Shown one piece after another: positions 8,269 through 15,523 of a stretch of 64,000 bases of DNA. The DNA comes from Klebsiella phage KpLz-2_45, in the sequence record MN871446.1. One strand, 5' to 3'. Below the pieces are notes generated by a model. That model had not been told where the DNA came from, ran no database searches, and worked only from the letters and a program-made list of their open reading frames with translations. The position numbers were made by a program, and so were the translations under genes. Positions within the stretch are counted from its first letter, which is position 1, and every line of letters begins with the position of its first letter.

Positions 8269-8579
8269 GACTTCACACCTACCGTTAAAAGGAGGGTTCG
8301 CAGGTAATCCGCATCCGGGTTGAGTACAACACTGAACCGACTGTTGTCGTGAATCAGAATCAAATCACCAGGATAAAGAACTGCGGTGTGATTTCCGTCG
8401 TACACGAAATTCAAGGTCGCGTAATCTAACGCGTCTTGTTCAGGAAACCGTGGCGTGACGGGTGGTTCATTCAGGATATCGGCGGCGGGGTCGCCTGCCA
8501 GGATACGTAAGAACCCGTTGTACTCAGTCGGAACAATAGGGAGTTCCACATATTTCAGTTCAATCACGTGCGTTAACAT
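8265..8579 (-). CDS. hypothetical protein
   Basis: 104-aa ORF. A 4-nt overlap with the preceding gene indicates coupling. Confidence 0.5.
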   Translation of the reverse strand: MLTHVIELKYVELPIVPTEYNGFLRILAGDPAADILNEPPVTPRFPEQDALDYATLNFVYDGNHTAVLYPGDLILIHDNSRFSVVLNPDADYLRTLLLTVGVKS

Positions 8580-8596
8580 GATTCACCTCTTTATCG

Positions 8597-9091
8597 TTAG
8601 TTATTAAAGGATCGAAAGAATTCGTTGCCGTGTTTAACCCCGTCGAGAATGTCGTTACAGAGCTTTGGTATTTGTCTGATAACTAGGATATCCATAATCT
8701 TGAAATCGGCACAGTGGATAGCCCGGAGTTTTTCATAAGCGAGATCACCTTTAAGTGAACGCGTAATGCCGAGGAGATCACAGGTGTTTGTAACAGGGCA
8801 AAGAGAAAACCAACCTTGCTTTGCGTAGGTGTCAAAGTCCATGATTAGTTTTCTTAGACCGACTTCTTTAAACGGGTCATTACCCGCTGAGGGCCAGTTG
8901 ATAGCCCTGGTTAACGGGTGAAGCGAATTTAACCAGAGAACGAAAGGGTCCGACTCTTCATAGGTCGCGTTTTCAGGAGCAAGATTACTCAGCGCTGTTC
9001 CGTTACCAATGCCGCTAAATTGTTTCTGATTTTCCATCGTTACCTTATCCACACCCGTCGCAAAGACTTTACCAAAAAATTTAATAAGCAT
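8597..9091 (-). CDS. hypothetical protein
   Basis: 164-aa ORF. Confidence 0.5.
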   Translation of the reverse strand: MLIKFFGKVFATGVDKVTMENQKQFSGIGNGTALSNLAPENATYEESDPFVLWLNSLHPLTRAINWPSAGNDPFKEVGLRKLIMDFDTYAKQGWFSLCPVTNTCDLLGITRSLKGDLAYEKLRAIHCADFKIMDILVIRQIPKLCNDILDGVKHGNEFFRSFNN

Positions 9092-9351
9092 TAGAGCCCC
9101 TCGGTTGAGAACATTTTTAACCCGTGTCGATAGTGAACGCGGTTTTTCAATAGATGACCCATCTCAGCACATTTTTTCAGCCTGGTCGCAAGTAACGTTT
9201 TCCCCATCCGGCGTGGCGCTGAAATTGTGAGATTACTGTCTAAATCATCAAAATAGGGTTTGGATACTTTAATGAGGAAAATATGGTTGGCGGTGACGGA
9301 ACTTCTTTTCAGTTTCCCTCTCTGTATTTTCAAACATTTTTTCAAGGCCAT
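9091..9351 (-). CDS. hypothetical basic protein
   Basis: 86-aa ORF. A 1-nt TAATG overlap with the downstream gene indicates coupling. Confidence 0.45.
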   Translation of the reverse strand: MALKKCLKIQRGKLKRSSVTANHIFLIKVSKPYFDDLDSNLTISAPRRMGKTLLATRLKKCAEMGHLLKNRVHYRHGLKMFSTEGL

Positions 9352-9360
9352 AGCGTCTCC

Positions 9361-9486
9361 TTATTCTAGTGAATCATAGAGCTTCTTACCAATAGCAAAC
9401 AGTATCTTAAGTATCGCACCGGAGATGTACCAAGCACCACCGTAACAGAAGATTACGAAGATAACGATTTTCCATTCTACTGGCAT
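9361..9486 (-). CDS. small hydrophobic membrane protein, 41 aa (MPVEWKIVIFVIFCYGGAWYISGAILKILFAIGKKLYDSLE), below the ORF-track cutoff
   Basis: Strong Shine-Dalgarno CCGGAGGTGTACT-ATG. It sits in an otherwise empty 197-nt gap just downstream of a terminator hairpin. Transmembrane-like composition. Confidence 0.4.
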   Translation of the reverse strand: MPVEWKIVIFVIFCYGGAWYISGAILKILFAIGKKLYDSLE

Positions 9487-9500
9487 AGTACACCTCCGGT

Positions 9501-9545
9501 ATTTAAGAAATAATAACTGAGAGAGGGCATTATCCCTCTCTCAGT
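9501..9545 (-). terminator. terminator hairpin ACTGAGAGAGGG-CATTAT-CCCTCTCTCAGT plus T-rich tail
   Basis: 12-bp stem. Downstream on the minus strand is TATTATTTCTTAAAT. It follows the stop of the 9549..10175 gene. Confidence 0.6.
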
Positions 9546-9548
9546 CGG

Positions 9549-10175
9549 TCAATATAAGTTTTCGGAATAAAGTTCGTTGTTAATAATGATAACGTTGGGA
9601 CGTGTGGCGTTAATTTGTCCGGCGTGTTTCGCAATGACAAACGCGTCTTCTCGATTCCAATAACGATCCCATTGATCGATAAACCCTTGTCCGCTACCGT
9701 GCGGGAAATTGACAGGTTCTTCACCTGCCTTTGCTCGGAGGCGTTTGATCTCATCGCCGAGGATATGCTGTAGAAGCGAACCGTGGCGCGAAGAAGGAAT
9801 GACCAAAGGCTCTTCTTCTTTTAACCCCAGTGCTTCTCCGAGTCTTTCATTCGGTTTCACTGTTCCCCAGATATTTGCCGCTGAAACGATACGGACCTGA
9901 ACAAAGATACCTGGTGACGGCTCGTGTACGCAAATAGCCGGGAGGGTTGCTCTTTGTTCTTCAGTGAGTACTTCGTCATCAGCGTAGCCTTCCTCTTTAC
10001 GGAAATGAGATTCGGCTAATTGACACGACGCGAGGATATCCATGGCCAATTTGCGAGCAGAGTCGATATCAAACTCGTACTGCCCGCTCTTTAACTGAAT
10101 AACCTTATCATCGCGAATGTCGTAATCGCGGATATCTACTCGACTGTAGTCACCTTCATGAATCATTTTAGTCAT
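9549..10175 (-). CDS. hypothetical protein
   Basis: 208-aa ORF with no recognisable catalytic motif. Confidence 0.55.
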   Translation of the reverse strand: MTKMIHEGDYSRVDIRDYDIRDDKVIQLKSGQYEFDIDSARKLAMDILASCQLAESHFRKEEGYADDEVLTEEQRATLPAICVHEPSPGIFVQVRIVSAANIWGTVKPNERLGEALGLKEEEPLVIPSSRHGSLLQHILGDEIKRLRAKAGEEPVNFPHGSGQGFIDQWDRYWNREDAFVIAKHAGQINATRPNVIIINNELYSENLY

Positions 10176-10458
10176 TAAGATTCTTCCTCAAGGAAAGTTT
10201 CTGTCCCAGTTTGAGGGTGCGGATCGGAAGTTCGATTGACCCACACGCATTGGCGATAATGGTTCCTGTCGGTGTTCCGACCACCGCAGTGAATTCATCG
10301 GGATGTTTCTCAATCAACCCGATGCTGGCGGAGAACAGATCTTCATCGCGCGCGAGTAGATGTAAATCAGTTTCACTTACGATGTCGCCGATGTAAGGGT
10401 AATTTGGATTGCGGTCATAGGCGACAGTTGGAGACTGCTTGACTTTCTTTGCCGACAT
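10168..10458 (-). CDS. hypothetical protein
   Basis: 96-aa ORF overlapping both neighbours by a few nucleotides. Confidence 0.5.
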   Translation of the reverse strand: MSAKKVKQSPTVAYDRNPNYPYIGDIVSETDLHLLARDEDLFSASIGLIEKHPDEFTAVVGTPTGTIIANACGSIELPIRTLKLGQKLSLRKNLND

Positions 10459-10886
10459 TATTCCTTCCCTCCGGAGATAACCGAAAATGGGTTTGGTTTC
10501 TTAGTTTCTTTTACCGGTTCAGCGGGTTCGTCAGAACGCCCGTCAGCAGTGATGAGTTTTTGCGGGAGTTGAATCATCTGTTCCGGGTTATCAGGGTTAA
10601 ACATCTGAATGACGGACCCCCACGGGAAAGTGTCTGAGGCGAGTTTACCCCCGAAACGCCCTTCGAAGAACAACCCTTCGTCCAGTGAAGAAAGCTGACA
10701 GGAATGCGGAGAAACATTCAGTGTCAATACGTGATAACCCTGCATGTTAGGTACCGGTTTGACATATTGACGAAGAATGGGATTCACGGTGATTTCGGTA
10801 CCAAAGACCGTGATGTAAATACGACTGCCATTATCGATAAGCCAGCTATAACCTGCATCAAACAACGCTTTATTTAAAGAAGACAT
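10458..10886 (-). CDS. SspB-like protein (homolog of the ClpXP specificity-enhancing adaptor / stringent starvation protein B)
   Basis: Blocks shared with E. coli SspB: WLIDNGSRIYITV vs WLLDNQLTPHLVV; GYHVLTLNVSPHSCQLSSLDEGLFFEGRFGG vs GQIVLNIAPRAVGNLELANDEVRFNARFGG; SVIQMFNPDNP vs AVLAIYARENG. The C-terminal tail ...NPFSVISGGKE has no LRVVK-type ClpX-binding motif. Confidence 0.55.
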   Translation of the reverse strand: MSSLNKALFDAGYSWLIDNGSRIYITVFGTEITVNPILRQYVKPVPNMQGYHVLTLNVSPHSCQLSSLDEGLFFEGRFGGKLASDTFPWGSVIQMFNPDNPEQMIQLPQKLITADGRSDEPAEPVKETKKPNPFSVISGGKE

Positions 10887-10916
10887 GTGTTACTCCCGAT
10901 TGTTATTTAATTACCT

Positions 10917-11411
10917 TCACTCAGGTGATATAGATTTTAAAAGCCGTCGAGTTTCTTCCCAAAACTCCACTAACCATTCTCCGCTTTTAGGCGTAACAAC
11001 TTTAACGTCGTCTTCCCAGACACGCGCCCCTTTCTCCATTCGCCAATTACCGAAAACGTAGTAATGGGTAAAAGGTAGGGTTGAATTGACCAGCGCTTGG
11101 TATTGGTGTTTGTAAGTATTCAATTTCGCCAGATTAGCAGCTTTGATAATCGAGAGGAAATCGGGATGATGAACCACTTCCAGTTTCTTCCCAAATGCTT
11201 TCGCCTCGTTACCGTACAAGCCTCTGAGGTATTGGTGTTTAAAACCGGTTTTTGCGTAATACCAAAACCCTTCCATACTTTCAAAGTTTCCGTACTCAGG
11301 GTGAATGAAAGGTGTCTTTGGAAAGTGAGAGAGAAAGAACCCGAGACGGTTCTTGGACTTAGAGTAAATGTTGATGTGGTCAATACCGTCATTGTTTGGG
11401 TTCAAAGTCAT
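10917..11411 (-). CDS. NADAR (YbiA / DUF1768-like) domain protein
   Basis: INIYSKSKNRLGFFLSHFPKTP...ESMEGFWYYAKTG parallels YbiA INFYSTSDDYGDFSNF...TSEHYFQAQKF. IIKAANLAKLNTYKHQYQALVNST parallels ALRAKFEQHAELRALLLAT. The comparison relies on a recalled YbiA sequence. Confidence 0.45.
   Translation of the reverse strand: MTLNPNNDGIDHINIYSKSKNRLGFFLSHFPKTPFIHPEYGNFESMEGFWYYAKTGFKHQYLRGLYGNEAKAFGKKLEVVHHPDFLSIIKAANLAKLNTYKHQYQALVNSTLPFTHYYVFGNWRMEKGARVWEDDVKVVTPKSGEWLVEFWEETRRLLKSISPE
10925..10937 (-). promoter_or_regulatory. AAATCTATATCAC motif, 38 nt upstream of the 10886 ATG (the SspB-like gene)
   Basis: Intergenic, beginning 6 nt after the upstream stop codon. Confidence 0.35.
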
Positions 11412-11667
11412 CAGGTGCTACCTTCCTGTACGCGTAAGTTTTTCGGAGAATATGTTTTTTCATCGGGCCCCAATAATTATTTTTGATACGATAGATTAAA
11501 TGAAGTTGTTTAATCGTATAGTTGAACCGTCTTTCCGCTGTATCGAGGAATAATAACACAGGGGTCATCAATTTACGGGCTTTAACGATTTTTCTTTTAT
11601 TTGTCCATATGACTTTAATCAGAACTTGATTCAACAAGTTATTCAAATCGCTGTTATCTATCGCCAT
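11389..11667 (-). CDS. hypothetical basic protein
   Basis: 92-aa ORF overlapping the downstream gene by 23 nt. Confidence 0.4.
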   Translation of the reverse strand: MAIDNSDLNNLLNQVLIKVIWTNKRKIVKARKLMTPVLLFLDTAERRFNYTIKQLHLIYRIKNNYWGPMKKHILRKTYAYRKVAPDDFEPKQ

Positions 11668-11668
11668 T

Positions 11669-11896
11669 TTAGAACCCCGGTGTAGTTATCCAAAACCAAA
11701 CTTCTTCGTAGATACGAAAAAATGTCGGCCACAGCAGTAGAGTCGTTCCCAAAACAAATGCGAAATTGTTTATTTTTTTCTTTAGGGGTAATCTTCGAAA
11801 TAGATCAAGAATAAAAGACAGTATCATAAGGGCAAATAGTAAAGCAGCAAAAAGCAACATCCACTCCCCGACAACAGTGGTTGAGTAAAGGTTCAT
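11669..11896 (-). CDS. small membrane protein (2 transmembrane helices)
   Basis: The ORF track gives 11669..11971, which overlaps the upstream gene by 64 nt. The internal Met at 11896 (MNLYSTTVVGEWMLLFAALLF...) removes that overlap. Confidence 0.45.
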   Translation of the reverse strand: MNLYSTTVVGEWMLLFAALLFALMILSFILDLFRRLPLKKKINNFAFVLGTTLLLWPTFFRIYEEVWFWITTPGF

Positions 11897-11907
11897 TTTC
11901 TTACTCC

Positions 11908-12312
11908 CTAGCACCAGTAAAAGATAGACCCCAATACCACCAACGCAGCAATAATGAAGGTTAATACCCATTTATCGTGTAGAAAACTTCCTTTTGTTTT
12001 TCCCGCTGAAAAGGCTGGCTTCCCATCATTGAGTCGCCTTACGATCGTCTCTACTTCGTAATAGTAATTTTCATACCGGTCAGAAATACCCTTCTCGTCG
12101 TAAAGTGAACCGTCCATTTTATATCTTAACGGTAGAAGGTTACGTGATAGAATATAACCGTCACTGTTTTTTATCACTGCCCATTTCGGTTCAATGGAAG
12201 GACTAGTACGCGGAAACAGTTTAATATCGGGACTTCGTTTTGCTTCGAGAACAAAAAACTTAGGTTCCTTACTCTCTTCTATCTTTATATCCCCACCTAT
12301 TATTTCCACCAT
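11908..12312 (-). CDS. C-terminally membrane-anchored protein, paralog of 12300..12728
   Basis: Shares ...KWAVIKNSDGYILSRNLLPLRYKMDG... with ...SWVVVNINGAVISSNELPLCYPGPNG... in the next gene. C-terminal transmembrane helix. Confidence 0.5.
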   Translation of the reverse strand: MVEIIGGDIKIEESKEPKFFVLEAKRSPDIKLFPRTSPSIEPKWAVIKNSDGYILSRNLLPLRYKMDGSLYDEKGISDRYENYYYEVETIVRRLNDGKPAFSAGKTKGSFLHDKWVLTFIIAALVVLGSIFYWC

Positions 12313-12728
12313 ACCGTTATCCCCTGTTGAATGAGAAAACCGACAGAAAAAAGAAACCCTGCTAATAACATTCCCGCCGCCATTTGTAATAATGGACTTT
12401 GATTGAAAACGGCTTTAAACCGGTTCCATCGGGTATTATAGAAGTCTATTTCAAATCCTGCGATGACACGATCATTTAAACGCCCTGCTTCTTTTTCTGC
12501 ACCTTCTTTAAAACGATAAGCGAATAATTCCTGACAACCTAATGCATCGGCTAGGTTTCCGTTCGGCCCTGGGTAACACAACGGAAGTTCATTAGAAGAA
12601 ATGACTGCGCCGTTGATATTCACGACAACCCAACTCCCCTTTGCGTCAGGGTGTTCAATCGCTCGAAAGAATTTTCTTTCGATGTAATAAAATTGAGGGC
12701 CCGAAGGCCCTCTTTTATTTTTTTCCAA
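12300..12728 (-). CDS. C-terminally membrane-anchored protein, paralog of 11908..12312; start uncertain
   Basis: The track start at 12728 is a TTG. The first 15 codons lie across a terminator hairpin. A GTG at about 12629 preceded by AAGGGGAG is a more plausible start. Confidence 0.45.
   Translation of the reverse strand: MEKNKRGPSGPQFYYIERKFFRAIEHPDAKGSWVVVNINGAVISSNELPLCYPGPNGNLADALGCQELFAYRFKEGAEKEAGRLNDRVIAGFEIDFYNTRWNRFKAVFNQSPLLQMAAGMLLAGFLFSVGFLIQQGITVWWK
12690..12726. terminator. bidirectional terminator GAGGGCC-CGAA-GGCCCTC flanked by an A-run and a T-run
   Basis: 7-bp GC stem followed on the plus strand by TTTTATTTTTTT. On the minus strand it lies 37 nt after the dUTPase stop. Confidence 0.55.
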
Positions 12729-12749
12729 AAGGAACGTCCTCTTTAGAAC

Positions 12750-13337
12750 TTATTTAACGCCTGATGAACCAAAGCCGTTAGTTCCGCGTTCTGACGATGC
12801 GCTGAACGCGGTCACCTCTTTCAAGTCCAGGTGCCAGATCGGTACCACGATCAGTTGCGCGATACGGTCACCGGGGTTGATAGTGAACGGAACGTCAGAA
12901 CGGTTCCAGGCGGGGATACCGATGATATTTTGGTAGTCGCTGTCGATAATGCCTGTCAGGTTACCCAAAACAATTCCGTTCTTGTACCCTAACCCGGAGC
13001 GCGGATGGGTATTCAACATGAAGTTCGGGTTATTCAGGTGAATAGCAACACCGGAGGAAATCATCTTGCATTCTCCCGGATTCAGTACAACAGGTTCATC
13101 GATTGCCGCCCGCAGATCGACCGCAGCAGAACCAGGGGTCGCGTAGTCCAGTTTACCCCATTCGCTCTCATAACGCGAGTCATGGTAGATAATTTCTGCT
13201 GGGATGAACTGACGCGGATCCGGGTCCGCGATACGAAAACGCTGAACGGTATCAACGGTAGATCCCAGCTGGGAGTGGTGTACGATAGTCCCTGTTTCGG
13301 TCTTAAAATAATTCAGGATTTCTTTTGGCTCAGACAT
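12750..13337 (-). CDS. dut: dUTP diphosphatase (dUTPase) with an N-terminal extension of about 50 aa
   Basis: Motifs PGSAAVDLRA, RSGLGYKNGIVLGNLTGIIDSDYQ, PGDRIAQLIVVPI and SERGTNGFGSSG correspond to dUTPase motifs I-V. Confidence 0.9.
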   Translation of the reverse strand: MSEPKEILNYFKTETGTIVHHSQLGSTVDTVQRFRIADPDPRQFIPAEIIYHDSRYESEWGKLDYATPGSAAVDLRAAIDEPVVLNPGECKMISSGVAIHLNNPNFMLNTHPRSGLGYKNGIVLGNLTGIIDSDYQNIIGIPAWNRSDVPFTINPGDRIAQLIVVPIWHLDLKEVTAFSASSERGTNGFGSSGVK

Positions 13338-13392
13338 TTTTAAACTCTCTTAGGTTATTACGGTGATTAATCAAACAAAGTCGGTGTGCCGT

Positions 13393-13430
13393 TGAAAAAT
13401 ATAGCCGGGAGAGAGCCGTAGCTCTCTCCC
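13393..13430 (-). terminator. terminator GGGAGAGAGC-CGTA-GCTCTCTCCC plus T-run
   Basis: 10-bp stem. Downstream on the minus strand is GGCTATATTTTT. It follows the stop of tailspike A. Confidence 0.7.
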
Positions 13431-13437
13431 TAAACTA

Positions 13438-15507
13438 TTAAGCGGTTTCGTAATCAGTAATCTGACGACTGGTGTAAATGAACCGGTAAGGGTTAGGTTT
13501 GCTGTACTGTGCTACCGCACCGATCGGCGTATTGTAGAGATGAATCTCGCCGCTTCCATACGTTTGGAAGCTTGACTTCACGCCGTTGTCGTAACTACAG
13601 CTGTAGAAGTAAGATGCCCCTCTACCATAAACGTTAGAACCTACCGTATCTTTCCCGACGACGTACAACGCACCTTTAATACTGTCGGTGCTTTGGTTGC
13701 CGCTGGCGATCGTTTCGAGGTGAGCCACGAAGGTATTCAACCCGTACTCTTCGATAGGGTAACCGTCTACATTTCGGTAAGTCGATTTGAATCGAATCCC
13801 GGTTACACCCGGCCCCACTAATGACCCACGTTTTTGTCCATTACCCGAACCGAAGTGATTCTCAGATACGCAACTGACTTCGAGGAACGTACCTTGTACT
13901 CCCAACGGAATTGTCTGACGGTCACTGCCGTGATAGGTACCGTAAGTCCCGCCGTTACTGAAATGGCAATCTTGAGAGAAGACCTCAGCCCCGTAGTTGT
14001 TCAGACACGCCGTTGAACAGGTTCCGGTAACCTCCACGCCCTTCAACCATAAAGACGGTTTCGCGTTGATCGCCACAGACTCAGCGCCCAAACCAATGTC
14101 GGTGTCAGAGACTTTCACATTGGAAACGTAAATTGTGCTGTTCCCAGTGAAATTCAGTCCCGTGTTCTTCACGACAACTTTAACGTTACTGTCAGGCTTA
14201 CGGCTGTTCGACGTCTGGACAATGATCGCAGTGGACGTCACGCAGTAGCTTCCTACTGTGGCCACTACCGCAGCAGGACCGTCTACTTCCACTAAGCGTT
14301 TAGGTAACCCGTTACTGTCTAACGTGCCGTAGTCAAAGACACCGGCGATATTTAGACCTGTTGCTAAATATTGATAGACAACGTTAGAGTCGGAGTAAAG
14401 CGACCAGTTAGTGATCCCCAGATCGCCCGTAAAGGTCGGTACGGTGCCACCGGTGCCATAGATACCGATCTTACGGTCATTCACTGTACGTTGAACGAAG
14501 AACGGTTTAGAGCCCTTCACGACGATACTGGTGGCAATAGGCGATTTATCAATTGCAGCGTTAAGAGTTTTCAGTGGGTTAGCTTCACTTCCATCATTCC
14601 CGTCTGCACCGAGATCAGAGTCAACGTAGTAGACCATCCCGTAGGGGAAGTACCATTCGCTCAGATCAAAGTCGGTTGAGAATCGCATCAGTCCCTGGGC
14701 CAACGCTCCCTCGTAAGGGAAGACCGCAGCGAGTGGATCAAAAACCGCAGGGAGTTTAGGAACTACCGGCAAACAGTTATTTGCACTGTCGTAACTGGTC
14801 TCGTAAGAAGGACCGGTCAGTTCCAGTAATTGCCCAGCGCGGAAACGCGCCACTGTATTACCCGATTGTAGCGAACTTTGAGTCATTGACAACGATCCGT
14901 CATTCCCTAAAATAATCCCAGTATTCGCGGCAGTCGGTAAGAAACTCCCTTGTTTCCCAACCACAAAGTTTTCGCCGTTAATTCGGCTCTTCCCAGAGAG
15001 CGTAAAGGTTTTACCGTCTGACTGATAAAGTTGATACGGGGTGCGGAGCCAATCGCGAATCGTGGTTTCTTGACCGAAATAAACTTCGAGTGTCCCGATG
15101 TACATCAATGAAGTAGCAACGGTTTTCAGTGTAAAGACACCGATTGTGGTCGTCAACGCAGTGGGAATGAAGACTTCCTGTTTGATATCGGTCATGTCCA
15201 GCTGTAGGCCGTACAACGTATTCAAACGGGTAACGATATCTTCGGCCGTGAATATTCCGGCAGTAGACATGAACACCACGGGCTCGGTCAGGACTCTATT
15301 GAGATTGACCCGGTTGTAATCAAAGACTGCTGAATCACGGTAGTCACCTGCATCGGTCGCTACCGCGGTGATACGCGTGTTAAAATTCCCGGTCGTCAGG
15401 GCAGTGAGGTTGATGAAATCCAAATCGCTTTCTTTAAAAAAGGCACCGTACTGCGTGTTCAGCTGACGAACCAGAAGCGCTTTACTTTTTAACGAGAAAT
15501 CTGTCAT
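13438..15507 (-). CDS. tailspike / tail-fibre protein A (receptor-binding protein, probable capsule depolymerase); N-terminal domain paralogous to B
   Basis: 689 aa. The N-terminal 280 aa share ARFRAGQLLELTGPSYETSYDSANNCLPVVPKLP with GRFRNGRLLETLGVNGETSYDATGNLLPKVPMLP in B. Then comes a Gly/Ser/Thr/Asn-rich beta-helix-type repeat region starting ...YYVDSDLGADGNDGSEANPLKTLNAAI. A lies 16 nt downstream of B, consistent with an operon. Confidence 0.8.
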   Translation of the reverse strand: MTDFSLKSKALLVRQLNTQYGAFFKESDLDFINLTALTTGNFNTRITAVATDAGDYRDSAVFDYNRVNLNRVLTEPVVFMSTAGIFTAEDIVTRLNTLYGLQLDMTDIKQEVFIPTALTTTIGVFTLKTVATSLMYIGTLEVYFGQETTIRDWLRTPYQLYQSDGKTFTLSGKSRINGENFVVGKQGSFLPTAANTGIILGNDGSLSMTQSSLQSGNTVARFRAGQLLELTGPSYETSYDSANNCLPVVPKLPAVFDPLAAVFPYEGALAQGLMRFSTDFDLSEWYFPYGMVYYVDSDLGADGNDGSEANPLKTLNAAIDKSPIATSIVVKGSKPFFVQRTVNDRKIGIYGTGGTVPTFTGDLGITNWSLYSDSNVVYQYLATGLNIAGVFDYGTLDSNGLPKRLVEVDGPAAVVATVGSYCVTSTAIIVQTSNSRKPDSNVKVVVKNTGLNFTGNSTIYVSNVKVSDTDIGLGAESVAINAKPSLWLKGVEVTGTCSTACLNNYGAEVFSQDCHFSNGGTYGTYHGSDRQTIPLGVQGTFLEVSCVSENHFGSGNGQKRGSLVGPGVTGIRFKSTYRNVDGYPIEEYGLNTFVAHLETIASGNQSTDSIKGALYVVGKDTVGSNVYGRGASYFYSCSYDNGVKSSFQTYGSGEIHLYNTPIGAVAQYSKPNPYRFIYTSRQITDYETA

Positions 15508-15523
15508 TTTAAATTCGCCCCAG

